Part shown: positions 26,394 to 41,342 of the stretch, piece by piece
Numbering within the stretch: the stretch's first letter is position 1
Layout: each line of letters starts with the position of its first letter
Assembly: GCF_006345805.1 (NCBI RefSeq)
Contig: NW_021835936.1
Location: 1-52,982, forward strand
Direction: 5' to 3'
Origin: Octopus sinensis
Taxonomy: Eukaryota
Length of the DNA stretch: 52,982 bases
Notes under the pieces: generated by a model
What the model saw: the letters and a program-made list of their open reading frames with translations, nothing else
Database searches by the model: none
Told to the model about the DNA's origin: nothing
Program-made: the position numbers and the translations under genes

Positions 26394-29300
26394 CGGACGT
26401 GCTGTCACTTCGGCTCCGAAGGTAATCGTTTATTTTGACTATTTATAGCCCATATTTTGTGTATGTTTTTAAAAATAAGGTGTGTAAGGCACCCAACTTT
26501 CGTTTGAGTGCGTTTCCAAGGGAGGAATTCGGCCCTAGGGGCTGTTTCAACCCCATTTCATTTCTGTAATTTTCTTCTCGACATTAGAAAATGCCGAGAA
26601 ATTTTATTGTAGAACGCTGGTCGCGTTCCTTTATGGACCAGCATTTTCCTAGTTTGGAAACGCTAGGAGAAGAAAAAAAGAACTCATGCACGCAAAGTGC
26701 AAACATGAATATCGTTGGAATGAACGCTGCAACCACGTGCGGTAACAGCCCTGTCACCACCGCCACCACCACTACAACAACAACAACGAAACTGCTACTG
26801 CTACCACCCCCATCCACCACCACCACCACTACCAACACAACCAACATAAATGATAAAAATGAAACTCACGCGAATACTATTAAGAAAAACAACAACAACA
26901 ACAACAACAATAAAAATGAACTATCTAATAGTGAAGATGTTAATACAAAAAAATCAACAACACCAGTAAATTTCGCTGACACTCTGCGTCAGAAGAAAGA
27001 GATTGTAACATTTACAAATGAAGAGCTCATAGAAACGAGAGCTCTCTTTACAACCCGTGGGCAAGATTTAGTGCTACATACACCTCAACACATAAAGCAA
27101 GAAATAGAAAATAAGACAATTATATATAAAATTATAAGAAAAAACAAAAAACTAAATGAGCAGATTACAGAAACAGATGTAGAAAAATGCTTAAAAAGCA
27201 TAATGAAAGAAAAAGAATATATAAACTGGGGTCCAGTTTAACACAGTAGTGGTCCGCTTCCCTAACTAGGAAGTGGCAAAAGCTCACTCTACTGAGTCTC
27301 GGGAATTGATGAAATCATCATGGTCCCATACTATAAAAACCAGAGAGTGAGTCGAATCACTATTAAAAATGTACCTCCCGATCTTCCTAACAAATGGATA
27401 ATAGGGGCAATCTGTTACCATTTAAAAAATATCAACATTTTGGAAACCGCCGTGTACCTTCGCGACATTTGGGGTGGGAAGACAATAGTGGTGACCATAC
27501 AGATTGAGGGGGCCTCTATCGAGAGCCTACCGGATAAGATCCACTTGGAAAATGTTGTAGCAGAAGGCAAAAAACCTAGATGCTACAACTGTGGCAGCCC
27601 CGAACATTTAATTGCCAAGTGCGCTCTGGTACAGAAAAAACAAGAAAGAACAAATCAGAAAACAAATAAAAAAACCCTTGTTGCCAACACCAACATCAGC
27701 ACCAACACACTCAATTATGGAACAATGCCAAGAAAAACAACAAACCAGCAAACAAACCCCAACAACATCACAAAGAAAAGAAACAGTACCAACACAATCA
27801 CCGTTCACGTCACAACCAATTCAACATGCTGAACCAACAAAAAATAGACCAACACCAACACCGAGAACGGCAATTAAAAAGACAGAAAACAGTGACGAGA
27901 AGACAAATTCTACCCCTAACACCACAACAACACAAACACCGCACAAAACATCAACAATTTCTAAAAGCATACATAGTAATGCAAATGCTTTGCCTTTACC
28001 TCCTACTGATACGTCGGACGACGAAAGTTCGACGGAATGGCAAATAGCCACAAGGAGTAAAAGGAAAGGATTCAAAAAATCCACCAAACAAGGAAGTAAA
28101 GCAGGGAGATATCTAACTCCGGACAACATCCCCCTAGACAATCAAAAAAGCAATGAACCCGTAAAACCACACACACAACTAACTGCAATAGACACAGTCA
28201 ATAAAGAATTAATGGACTACATCACATCCAACACGGACATCTGTGAAGATGACTTTAAGACAAACAATCATCCGCACACCACACCACCGAAACACATCAG
28301 AATTTTACACATAACACAAGCACAACACCACATACTGAAAACAATATTTCCGAATGCGGTAGGCGGGTTTCAACGATACCTGTCCAGAAAACTATACAAA
28401 CACCTCATCAAAAACAATACAAAAGAAGAAGAAAAAAATGAAACTTTTAAAATGAGTAAGTGACCTCCCCTCTTGCCTCTTGTCTCTTCTAATGTAGTGA
28501 GTAAAACACAATTTTCGTAAATGTCAAGTATGCTTAAATTAGGTTGTGTGAATGCGCGTGGTTTGGCGTCGGCTTGGAAGCAAGGTTACCTTCTAAACGA
28601 CATCAAGTCACTGAACGTGGATATAGTAGCTATCAGTGAAACCAGACTCAGTAAGCCGCGGGCCCTCGAGTCCATGTTTGGCAATCAATTTGACATTTAT
28701 TTTTCTCCCTGTCTGCCGAACATGGGTGGTGGAGATACCGCGGTGCTTTTTCGAAAGAGTCTAAATGTAAAAGTAAGAGCAATATTCCTAGACCCGTAGG
28801 GTAGGCTGGTTGTCTTGGACGTGGATGGCAGAAATGGGTGTGCATTCCGTCTGATGGCAGTTTATGCACCCTCATTAACGGGTCGGGCGGGTTTCTTCAG
28901 ACGTCTAGAGGTTTTCCTGGGTACGTCTAGACCTTTACTGTTAGTAGGGGATTGCAACGCTACCTTGGACACGCATCTAGATTATGTGGGAAGGGATAGG
29001 AATAGAAGGGGGTGTAAGAGCCTCTAAGACCTGCTCAGACGTTTCCATTTGTCTGACAGGTTCCGACTCGACCATCCGAACGTGCCAACGTGGACTTGGA
29101 CAAACCGCATCGGATCGTCGAGATTTTATCTAGATAGAATTCTATGCAGGACAGCGGATAGGGATAGTGTAGGATGTCCACAATTTAAAATAGTCAGCTA
29201 CACAGATCACAAATTTGTTACGTGTACGCTCGACTTGGATAAAACACATAGGCAGGGTCCCGGTTACTGGAAACTGAACACGTCGCTGTTAGCGCGACAG

Positions 29301-32140
29301 GTTTACAGGAACCGGATTAGCGAGTTAATTAAGAGGACGCTGACGGGAGCCGTCGGTAACAAGCGCTGGTGGTACGCCCTGAAAATGGCAATAAAATCGG
29401 AATCAATTAGGTTTAGCAAGGAATTAGTGATAGAACGAAATAGAGTAGAGGGAGACTTGGTTAAGAAACTAGAAGAGGCACTTACCACTGGCAGCGCAAC
29501 CAACGTGCTGGCTGCGTCAGAGCTAAAATGCGTGCCTTAAGGAACGAAGGGATCGAAGCTGCGCGTGAAGCCCGGGTAGCGGAGGCGCAGCGTGGCAACA
29601 GAGCCACCATTCGGTCTCTAATAGATCAACAGGGATGCAGTTTACTCTAACCCGAAAGGATGTGTGAGGCCTTTCAACAGGACTTTGCTCGACTGTTTGG
29701 TGCGAGTGGTGGTTCGGAACGCGGGATGGATTTCAGTGCCTACCTGACCGACCTGCCACGGCTCTCGGCAAGAGAAGCGGAGTGTTGTGAAAGTCCCATC
29801 ACAGCCGCTGACGTGTGGGATGCGATGGCGGGCTGCGCGAGGGATAAGTCGCCTGGATTGGATGGTTTACCCTACGAGCTGTATTGTCAAATGCCAGACT
29901 TGTTTGGCGACCTCTTCGCATCAGGCTACTGCAACTGGCAACAAAACGGGAGAATCCCCGTTTCGTGAGCCGAGGTGCAGTGACGTTGCTGAAGAAAGAC
30001 CCAAACAAGGGGAATTTTATCGATAATTTCAGGCCCATCACTCTGCTCAACGCAGATTTGGAAATTTTGGCCAAAGTAATAGCCGAGAGGTTGGCGCTTG
30101 TCATTGGTAAACTGGTCGACAGGGCGCAAACATGCGCCGTGCCGGGCAGAACCATACATGACAACCTCCATCTGATGCGCTACATTGTGAACAGGGTAGC
30201 TAAGGATCCTGGCATGGGTGGGGCGCTGATAAATTTGGATCAGTCTGAAGCCTTCGATAGGGTCGACCATCGGTACTTGGCGGCCGTCCTCAGGGCGGCT
30301 GGCTTCGGTCCCGTCTTCCGCGGTTGGATCGCTGCCTTGTATAGCGGCATCCGATCGGTGATTCGGTTGAACGGTCACCTGTCGAAACCGTTTGACATCA
30401 CGCGTTCGGTCCGTCAGGGGTGTCCCTTGTCGGCGCTTCTGTATGTATTGACTCTCGAGACGCTACTGCGGAAGCTGGTGACACTGAGGGGCATCCCACG
30501 GGAACTGGGTTGCGGGACGAGCGTGTCGGCATATGCGGACGATCTCACCGTCATGGTGTCGAGCGACAAACACATCCAGATGATTGGCGAGACACTAAGA
30601 AAATACGAAACGGTGACGGGAGCAAAGATTAACCCGGAGAAGTCAGTGGGTGTGCTACTCGGCACCTGGAGAAGCATGCCCATGCCGTCCGACTGCGGCT
30701 CAGTAGTGGGACGCTGGACGGACGGACCGGTTAAATTGCTCGGGGTCTGGTTCAGTCCGGACCTCCAAATGGATAAGAACTGGGACGAGATCATGAGTAG
30801 AGTGGTCGCTCTCAGCCAAACATGGGCCAAGAGAAAGCTGTCTCTAAAAGGCCGGGTGGAGGTGGCGAACGCGTACATCGCATCCGTCATCGATTACCGC
30901 CTGACCGTCGTACCTTGTCCCGACAACACCATCACCAAACTGGAACGCATACTCTTCCGCTTCCTGTGGAAGGGTGGCGTTCCGATGGTGAGGAAGTCCA
31001 TTTGCTGTCAACATCCGTTGAATGGAGGACTGGGCATGACGTGGTTGATGATGCGCAGGCATGCGCTGAGACTGCGACATCTCTGGAACTTCATCGACGA
31101 CGGTGAACAGGTGTGGACGCCGTTTGTGAGACGCGCCTTCCCGCAGCTCGTCTCACTGACTGAACTGCAAACGTGGATCAAAAAGAGACCGAAACTGGGC
31201 GATTGGCACCGAGAGTGTCGCCAAGCTCTACAGCAGCTCTGCCGACCGGGGTCAAACTTGTGCAACTTACAAACGACTAATGCGTTCTATAGAGGACTAG
31301 TGGAGGGGAGGTCCGACGACACACTCGGGGCAAACCTGGGTGTCGACGAGAAATTCCTAACCCGCCTGTTCAGGACGACGTTCGAGCCGGGGCCTATGGA
31401 TAACTTCCAGAAATCCCTGGCTTGGCAGTGCTATCGAGACGCACTACCTGTTCGAGAGAAGAGCTACAGACACGGTTCGAAAACCATCACCGGACCGACC
31501 TGCCCGAGATGCGGTCAGAGCGACGAAACCGTTCTGCACGCACTCGTGCAGTGTCCAGATATTTCAGAGCTATGGTCCTTCGTCGAACAGCTGTTGTCCC
31601 GTGTAGGTCGGGCTCGCCTATCGGCCGAGTCTGTAGTGAGTATTGTTCCACCACCTTCCTTTAAACGGGAAGGGAAAACGGTTTTCGTTACGCTGATGGC
31701 TATGGCGAAAGAATGTGTGTGGTGGATGCGTTTGAAAGGCTGCAAACAAACACCTTCCTCTCTGGTCAGTCTCTCGTCAACTTTTTCAAGTACCACTTGA
31801 AAAGGAGGATGAGAATAGAGAGGAAGGCTTTGTCGAACAAATGTTTTAATAAAAAGTGGGTAAAAGTGGCAAAAATGGTCAGTATGAAAGACGACACTAT
31901 TTTAAGCATAAATCTGTAACCAAAAGAGACATCGGGAAGTAAGGCGACTTACTCATGTGTCCTTTTTCGAATTGTCTGAGGTGACCTTGGTCTTTTTTGT
32001 AGGTTTTTCTTTCCAAGGCTACACCTAAACTGTGAACCTTATATATATATATATATTGCGTTTTTATACACCACACAACCCACAGATCCCTATTGATCAA
32101 ACGTGTTTTTTTTTGTGCCCCACCCATCCGACCTCGAAAA
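26394..32140 (+). mobile_element. Full-length Tx1-like LINE, inactivated (ORF1 about 26591-28463; ORF2 about 28521-31919)
   Basis: ORF1 has the knuckle CYNCGSPEHLIAKC; ORF2 has APE (NARGL, ISET, GDCN, LDRI, TDH), RT (PGLDG, QGCPLS, YADD) and CPRC..ETVLHALVQC; several stops and frameshifts. Confidence 0.95.
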
Positions 32141-33205
32141 GAAAAAAATTGTACATTGTATTTCGTCCATTTTTATTCTACACACCCATACACAGTCATC
32201 CGCACACCCACACACTACAGACGCACATAGCTACGCACGCATAGATCCACACACCATAGTCATTAGCCCCTATCAAAACACACACACACACACTTACACA
32301 TTCTTACATACACATCCGCACGCACACCATTGTTTTAGGATTTCCAGTTGTTTATTATCTCTCCGTCTCTCTATCTCTCCCGTCAAGCTATGTTTTTCCT
32401 AAACAGTTGCCATGCTAGATCCCTAAATCGACAAGATTTTTAATCACTTTTTGTTCATGTTCTCCTTTCACTTTCTGTTGAGGAGCAAAGGGTCGAAAGT
32501 AAAGGAATTTCTCATTTTCCCGAGCGTTGAATCTAACACCTGTTTTCGACTTTTATTTTCCCGTAAATTTAATCTACCGACACACAAACACGCAAACACA
32601 CACAGACACACACACACACACACACACACACATCTCTATATTAAAAGGATGTGTGTTAAAATACTATTCCACAACCATAGCAACAATACAACATACCTGC
32701 ATCATCAGCTACCCCACGGTTACCATTATGGTTTCGAAACCTGGTCACTACCCTTCAAACCGGCGGTATGAACAGCACTAAAACAAGTGTTGTTTGGGAA
32801 CAAAGAAATCAAAGAAACCACCAATTTCAACCACATTTACCCTATGTATAACCGTATCAATAAATAAATTCAATAAGTAAATTACAACTCCTAAATACGT
32901 AACTAAACAGCGTGAAATCTTTTAAATCATACAACAATTATAATCTCTACCGTCTTCCGTATATATGATATGATAGTAAAACCTTAATGACCACAATAGT
33001 GCAATCAGTCAATATATAGTAGGATTAAACACTAACTTCCACAGCATACCTTGAGACAGGTGTGATCGGACAGAAAGTTCTCATAGTGTGAGAGAGTCCG
33101 GAAGTGAATAGTATTAAATTTACATCTAATATAGGATAAAAGTTTCGAAAAAATGTTATCAATGGCCAGCACATTAAAAAATGCATTTAAAGGTTAAATT
33201 TACAA

Positions 33206-33782
33206 ACAACTTATAATCAAAAGAAAAATAATCCAATGCCAAATATGCCGAAATAGTCTTAATCGTCAATAACCATATAATTTATTGCTATAAGCTCGCG
33301 TCTCGAAAGAAAGCAAATAGAATTTTAGAAAACAAATTTCGTTATTATCGGATCGATCCCCATTTCTGAGTTAATTCATTTAGAATTTTCTCGTCATCAG
33401 CGATAAATTCGATAAGAGAATTCTCTAAGAGAATTTTCAGTCCGTTCACTCGTGTCTCGAGGTATGATGCGGAATTTCTATTTTGGATATATTTGGAGTA
33501 CTTAAGTGTGCTCATGACTTAGCGTTTACTTCTTCCATAGGTACAAGTAAGTATCTCATTTATTTTCTTATCGTATTTATCGCTGATGACGAGAAAATTC
33601 TAAATGAATTAACTCAGAAATGGTGATCGATCCGATAATAACGAAATTTTTTTAGAAATTTCTAGCAGCTTGCATTCGAGACGCGGGCTTATAGTGATAA
33701 ATTATATGGTTATTGACGATTAAGTCTATTTCGGGATTTTTGGCATTGAATTCTTTTTCTTTTGCCCTTGTTTATAAGTTGT
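33206..33782. mobile_element. MITE/foldback element with about 210-bp TIRs
   Basis: 33206-33417 is inverted at 33567-33782; the right end abuts (TA)n. Confidence 0.88.
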
Positions 33783-33794
33783 ATATATATATAC

Positions 33795-33884
<90 letters not shown>

Positions 33885-33914
33885 CTAGGTGAAGGTGACC
33901 CGCTCTACGCGCGG

Positions 33915-34248
33915 GTAAGTGTGCGTTTGTTATTTTCTCTTGCTTCCTTTCAGCACGTAAAAAGCACCATCCGAACATGGCCGATTGCAGCGCCGCCTTG
34001 ACTTGCTTCTCTGCCGTTGGCACTTAAAAAGCACCAACCGATCCTGGCCGCTTCTAGCCCCTCCTGGCACCTGTGCCGGCGGCACTAAAAAAGCACCCAC
34101 TACGCTCACAGAGTGGTTGGCGTTAGGAAGGGCATCCAACTGTAGAAACACTGCCAGATCAGATTGGAGCCTGGTGCAGCCTCCTGGCTTCCCAGACACC
34201 GGTCAAACTGTCCAACCCGTGCTAGCATGGAAAACGGACGTTAAACGA
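33915..34248 (+). mobile_element. SINE-like element, 5-prime truncated
   Basis: Three AAAAAGCACC sub-repeats, GTTGGCGTTAGGAAGGGCATCC core and a GCATGGAAAACGGACGTTAAA tail; family recognised from memory only. Confidence 0.55.
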
Positions 34249-34334
34249 AGGTTAAGAAAGAAAGATAGAAAGATATTAAATTTGAGGAAATATATACTCA
34301 GGAATATAGTATGAACAAGACTGGTTCAACTTAC

Positions 34335-34406
34335 AATTCACGTAAGTTTGGAAGTTTTGCAAACGATCCATTTTCAATTTTCACGATTGCATTATTGTAT
34401 AGAAGT
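34335..34406 (-). CDS. LRR exon (72 nt) LLYNNAIVKIENGSFAKLPNLRE(L)
   Basis: ctttcAG|ACTTCTATAC...CGTGAATT|GTaagtt; phase 2/2; open frame. Confidence 0.92.
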
Positions 34407-34978
34407 CTGAAAGATAATTCATGAAGAAAAAACATAGAAGTTATTAGTCATATATTTCAAATATTATGTCCAATGAATTAGCTGCTGAAATAGAAGAAAA
34501 ATAAGTACAAGTGAGACAATTTGGTGAAGACGATTATGAAAATGATAAGTGAAGATTATGAAGATAATGATGAAGATGTATGGCATTGTGTTAAGTGATG
34601 ATGAAAGCGATAATTATTATGATGAGGGCATTGACGGTGACGGATTTGGTAGTGATGAAGTTGTTTCGGTCTGATGGCATTGAATCTGTGGTTTAAAATC
34701 ATAACTGATAAGGATGATGATGATGATGACGATTATCATGATGACGATGATGGTGACGACCACCACGAGGACGCAGACGATGATTATGATGACAATATTT
34801 ACTGATGGTGTTCTTAATATTTGGAATGATGATGAGGAGGAGGATGACGCTGATATACAACGTTGAAACTATAACAAAAGAGACGGATGAGAATAGGAAT
34901 AAAATTAACGAAGATCAGTTATTGATAAATGAGATAAAAAGGGTAAAGAAGATTAAACTAGAACTGGAGACATGTATA

Positions 34979-35009
<31 letters not shown>

Positions 35010-35039
35010 TCATCTATCTATCTATCTATCTATCTATCC

Positions 35040-35101
<62 letters not shown>

Positions 35102-35149
35102 ATATCTATCCATCTATATATCTATATATCTATCTATCTATCTGTCTAT

Positions 35150-35180
<31 letters not shown>

Positions 35181-35331
35181 ACTATCTATCTAGCCATCCA
35201 TCTATCTATCTATCCATCCATATATCACTTTATCAATATATCTATCAAGCGCCAGACAAATACGTAAACACATACACACATATACCAATATATATATATG
35301 TATATATTTTTGTGTGTCTATATATATATGT

Positions 35332-35371
<40 letters not shown>

Positions 35372-36669
35372 CACATTTATACATGTACTTTTTTCAGTAA
35401 TTTGTTAATGGCCAAGCCAGAGCCTTTATTCGAACCAATCGAGCCCAGCATTTATTTGTTGAAAGACTAGCACTTATTCTCTCGGTGTCTTTTGTCGAAC
35501 CACTAGGTTACAGGGTGTGTAACACCAACATTGCTTGTTAGGTGATCTTGAGGGAACACAAATAAATATATAAATCTGTCTATATTTGTGTGTCTGTGCT
35601 TGTGCTAGCACTAGCACTAACCACTTTCCAACACCCAGACCACAAAACATCATCTACACACCCATACACAATCATCCGCACACCCACACACTACAGACGC
35701 ACACAGCTACGCACGCATATATCCACACATCATAGTCATTAGCCCCTATCAACACACACACACACACACTTACACATTCTTACATACACATCCACACGTA
35801 CACCATTGCTTTGGGGTCTCCAGTTGTTTATTATCTCCCCGACTCTCTATCTCTCCCGTCAAGCTATGTTTTTCCTAACCAGTTTCCTTGCTTGATCCCT
35901 AAATCGACAATATTTTTAATCACTTTTTGTTCATGTTCTCCTTTCTCTTTCTGTTGAGGAGCATAGGCTCGAAATTAAAGGAATTTCTCAATTTCCCGAG
36001 CGTTGAATCTAACACCTGTTTTCGACTTTTATTTTCCCGTAAATTTAATCTACCGACACACAAACTCGCAAACACACACAGACACACATACACACATCTA
36101 TATATTAAAAGGATGTGTGTTATAATACTATTCCACAACCATTGCAACAATCCAACATACCTGTATCATCAGCTACCCCACGGTTACCATTATGGTTTCG
36201 ACACTTTGTCACTACCCTTCAATCCGGCGGTGTCACCAGCACTAAAATAAGTGTTGTTTGGGAACAAAGAAATCAAAGAAACCACAAATTTCAACCACAT
36301 TTACCCTATGTATAACCGTATCAATAAATAATTCAATAAGTAAATTACAACTCCTAAATACGTATCAAAACAGCGTGAAATCTTTTAAATCATACAAAAA
36401 TTATAATCTCTACCGTCTTCCGTAGATATGATATGAAAGTGAAACCTTAATGACCACAATAGTGCAATCAGTCAATATATATAGTAGGATCAAACACTCA
36501 CTTCCACAGCATACCTCGAGACAGGTGTGATCGGACTGAAAGTTCTCATAGAGTGAGAGAGTCCGGAAGAGATTAGTATTAAATTTACATCTAATATAGG
36601 ATAAAAGTTTCGAAAAAATGTTATCAATGGCCAGCACATTAAAAAAATGCCTTTCAAGTTTAAATTTAC

Positions 36670-37241
36670 AAACTACTTTTAAACAAAAACAAAAGAAAAA
36701 TAATCCAATGACAAATATGCCGAAATAGACTTAATCGTCAATAACCGTATAATTTATCACTATAAGCACGCGTCTCGAAAGCAAGCCGATAGATTTTTCG
36801 AAAACAACTTTCTTTATTATCCGATCGATCCCCATTTCTGAGTTAATTCATTTAGAATTTTCACGTCATCAGCGATAAATGCGATAAGAGAAATCTCTAA
36901 GAGAATTTTCAGTCCATTCACACGTGTCTCGAGGTATGATGCGGAATTTCTATTTTGGATATATTTGGGGTACTTAAGTGTGCACATGTCTTAGTGTTTA
37001 ATTCTTCCATAGGTACAAGTAAGTAACTCATTTATTTTCTTATCGTATTTATCGCTGATGACGAGAAAATTCTAAATGAATTAACTCAGAAACGGGGATC
37101 GATCCGATAATAACGAAATCTTTTTAGAAATTTCTATCAGCTTCCTTTCGAGACGCGTGCTAAATTATATGGGTATTGATGATTCAGTCTATTTCGGCAT
37201 ATTTGGCTTTGAATTCTTTTTCTTTTGCTCTTGTTATAAGT

Positions 37242-37244
<3 letters not shown>
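36670..37244. mobile_element. MITE/foldback element, paralog
   Basis: Same long inverted arms. Confidence 0.85.
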
Positions 37245-37317
<73 letters not shown>

Positions 37318-37370
37318 TATATTTATATATATATATTTATATATTTAGGGAGAGAGAGAGAGAGAGATAA

Positions 37371-37523
<153 letters not shown>

Positions 37524-37829
37524 AAGATAGATAGATAGATATTTCATGCTTGTGTGTCCATTTTTCTTGCTGACCTTAAGTCAGTTTATCGCTACCTCTT
37601 TATTTATTTATAAATAAATTTAGATATTTTCCCCTCCGTTGAAATGCAATATTATTCCAACTATAAATTTTGTTACATTTAAACCGTTCTTTAAATGCAC
37701 TTGGTTAAACTAATGATAGAGTATTATGATTTCGTTAGTTTTAATATTAACATTGATATTCATGGAATCTACGTCCCACGTAAATTTAAATTGAACTCGA
37801 TAAAAATTTTGAATATTGCAGCATAAATT

Positions 37830-38870
37830 CCAATTTCTGCTTGTTAAACCGTGGAAAAAGCTATAAAGAATCAATTAGAATTAGGAGGGTCATAACTTTT
37901 CCATATGAAAAAGAAGAAATATATGTGAATTTATATATAAGTAAATGAAGAGTTAGGGAAAAAGACTTAAGCTCAGGAACACAGATACACACATACACGA
38001 ATATGAATTATATACATATAAATTTATATATACTCTAGAACATACTCTAGGGGGAATAAAGGGGCTACCCAATTCGCTGCAAGTGGCGCTCCCACCGATG
38101 AGATTGACACTTGTCCGCTTCTCCAACGGTAAACACGAGGAATATTTTCCTTTTTGCATGATTTAATGACAATGTCCGACATATGGGCGAATGAGAGTAG
38201 GTGCAACGTGGCAACAGAAAACAATTTGGTGTTGATGAATCAGGTGAGATGCGTTCTCTTCGATTCTAAGCAGATATTTGCGGACTTTAGGGAACACTAC
38301 GTGCATCAGTTTGCGGAGGTTAATGTTCCATTGACTACGAAGGTCTTAAACATCTTTGGAGACGGCTTGCGGCAACACTCGAATGAAACTACGCAGTTCT
38401 ACAAATGGTGGAAAATTGTTGCGGTATTCGAGATGCCGGGTTAGATGTCGCCATGGCTTGAGGATCAGCCTTACACAGTTTAAAATTATTTGCCATAAAT
38501 AGCAGTGAGTGCAATGGCAGGTGTCTACAACAAAGGGAAGACGAACGAGATGATTCTTAGCCCTGATAAAAGGTGGTGGTCAGGATAATGTTGAGAAGGA
38601 ACTCGAAAAAAATGTATTTGATAATATTTTGAGAGCCGTAATTAGGCTAAATGCCGAAGATTCCATATCAAAATCATCTAAGCACAACAGGTTCCTGCTT
38701 GCACACTACATCACAGACAGAATGTGTAACAAATGCGTTTCCAATGAAATCCTAATTTTGTGTTCGTCAAATGCCAACTGTTGGCGCCTGCACTGAAGGA
38801 AGACGGATTCGGTCCTGTTTCCAGAGGCTGGATCGCAGCAACGTACAACACATTATGCTTGTTGGAACCA
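37830..38870 (+). mobile_element. Ancient Tx1-like ORF2 remnant
   Basis: CVLFDSKQIFADFREHYVHQF resembles the EN-RT linker; LAPALKEDGFGPVSRGWIA is RT-like. Confidence 0.65.
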
Positions 38871-40324
38871 TTCAAATCAACTGGAGCTAAGAAGACCTGG
38901 CGAACAGGCTATAAGCAGAGAGGTAGTGTGGTGGAGAATACAGAACGGTTGAAGAGAGAGAGATAATACGATCGAACTCTCATCGAAGCCTTAAAATTCC
39001 ATTTAAAATGACGGTGAGGTTGGAGTGAGAGAGAAATCCACACCACCCAAGTAAATGTAGTGAAAAGTGGGGGAATACTAAACTGACACCTGTAAGCTGA
39101 GTCATACCGAGGAAGATGGAGTACTTATAGTCGTAGTCTTGACCTAACTTTCTTTACAACATCTGACATAATGGCATGGACGATCCTAAAATTATTTGAG
39201 TAGTTTATGACTGGGAGTCACATGAGATTCAGCTTCGTCAGTCAACAATATTGGCCTCAGAAGCAGGTATTCCTCAGTCAGTAGCGGTCACTTATTATCC
39301 ATCATCTAGAAGACAGTGAAAAACCTGGGGAAGGTGTTTAAATTTAACCGGAGTGACACATAATCTAATTGTGAAAGCAACAAGGATTCTGAAAGGCGAC
39401 TATCTGCAGTGGACATGTGATGTCTCCCGGTAATTTTAAGACCTTGAGTTAAAAATAGAGCATCCGCCATGGATCATTTGGCAGTTCTCCGTACATGAGA
39501 TTTCAATATCCTCATTGAAGAGAAGGAAGCGATTTCCTGTGAAAACGGCTCAGCAACGTAGTCCTGAGTGGAAAATACAATTTAAAGCACTTCATAAGCA
39601 GCCTCAGAGAAAGCTTGGTTCTCTGTGATTAGATGTTGCTATTGCGAGGCTTTCGGTACGAGGGCAATACATCACGGAATTGGAGTAGGGTGGAGGAATT
39701 CCTGGCTTCACATGTATATGATGAAAAACCTGATTCGGGTAGCACCACACCACCTCACTGTGACAAGTGGCAAGAAAGATTTAGGAAGTTACTGAAAAAG
39801 AAAGGTGTGTATGTCTTACTACTTTCATACTAATAGACAGTCTATGCTTTTCTTTTGTTTGTCATCTAACCTTATGGTTACTCTTATTTTACGAGAGTGG
39901 CAGAAGCTTCTGCGCACTCTTACATCCTCATGTGGGACGTATAGTTTATTTATATCTGCCTCTGGGAGATGCATGTAGTGTATTGTGACAGAATTGCTTT
40001 GTTTTGATTCGGTGATACACATCTCATTCGTGGATCATCTTATGGTATCAAAGCTTCAGCCTAGAGGACCTATATATAAGGTATTCATTGCATCAGTCTT
40101 TTCTTCAAATGGAAATAGGTTTTTGTGGTGGCGGCTCATAAGAATGCGGTGTGACGCGAGAAATCATATCAGCACATTCAATAATAGAAGAGACTAACCA
40201 TAACAGTTTTAATATATCGACGGAATTAAATGCAGGAAGATAAGGGGGAAAATGCGGTGTTTGGGGATTTCATGGAGGAGATGACCATAATGATGTTCAA
40301 AGAATATGAGTTTGTTTTAAAACT

Positions 40325-41030
40325 TAAAATTAAATACACAGTGTTTTACGTAGGATATGGGCGGTTCCCATTAGCGCTATCTTTTGAGTTGCTGCCATTT
40401 TGGGGTTAGCTTTTTGTTTGCTTGCTTCTAGTACGTTTAATTCTGGGATTTGTTGTATTTGGAATTCACTTAGATATTTCTTTGCATACTTTGTTACTTT
40501 GTATGACACTTTCTTGTTTTCGGGCTTTGAGACAAGACTTAACATCCAGTCATGAGAGTTGTTTAGGTAGGTGTTTCGGTCAATTGTGGCACTCTCCATT
40601 GTTAATTCCAGTTGCAAATGTTACGGCCACCCTCTTTTCTTGGCAGGTAAAATCGTTCTACATCTGCTATAGGGTGGTGTATTCTACGCATTGTCAACAA
40701 TTTTCGTATTTTTCTTTCAATATTACATATTACGCCTGGTATAGCAAAAGTACTGATCACTTCGATCCTGTTTCTTGCATTCAGCTCTGTCTTGAATATT
40801 GCTTTTACCTGATATAATATTCTATTCTGATCCTTTCCCTCATCACTGAATATTTGATCATGTCCACTTCAAATACCGATAAGTACATGTATCTCTCCGC
40901 TGGATCTAATTCCTTAATGACATTCTGCGGAATGTTTCTGTCGCTTTTCCTTTGATAAATGTAGCTTTTGCTCATTTATCGAGGTAAAATTACAACGTGA
41001 TATCATCACAGAATTGTTTAATATTTCCTG
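40325..41030 (-). mobile_element. Decayed R4/Dong remnant, paralog with internal deletion
   Basis: Same sequence as 23775-25220, but joined at about 40408 with roughly 750 bp missing. Confidence 0.85.
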
Positions 41031-41342
41031 CCCAAGACGAAACATTGACGGACTATATATTTATCCACACATTTCTGGCATAAATATACATATGACTATA
41101 TACGCACTTTTCACAATATACCAAACAGTGATGTAGAACACAAAGACTTATGTTCACGCACATCGTCACACACAAACACGCTCAACCTACACATACTCAC
41201 ATACATATATATATCTATAGAGAGAGAGAAAATGTGAGTTAGAGAAGGGCAAAAGAAGGGTAAGAAAGAAAGATGGAAAGATATTAAATTTGAGGAAATA
41301 TATACTCAGGAATATAGTATGAACAAGACTGGTTCAACTTAC

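Noticed and set aside
26380-26410. Tx1 target specificity for (CTAT)n
   Set aside because: Both copies derive from one insertion, so there is a single observation and no TSD is visible.
32698-32778. 81-nt AG..GT segment on the minus strand, also at about 36160
   Set aside because: Stops in all three frames in both copies.
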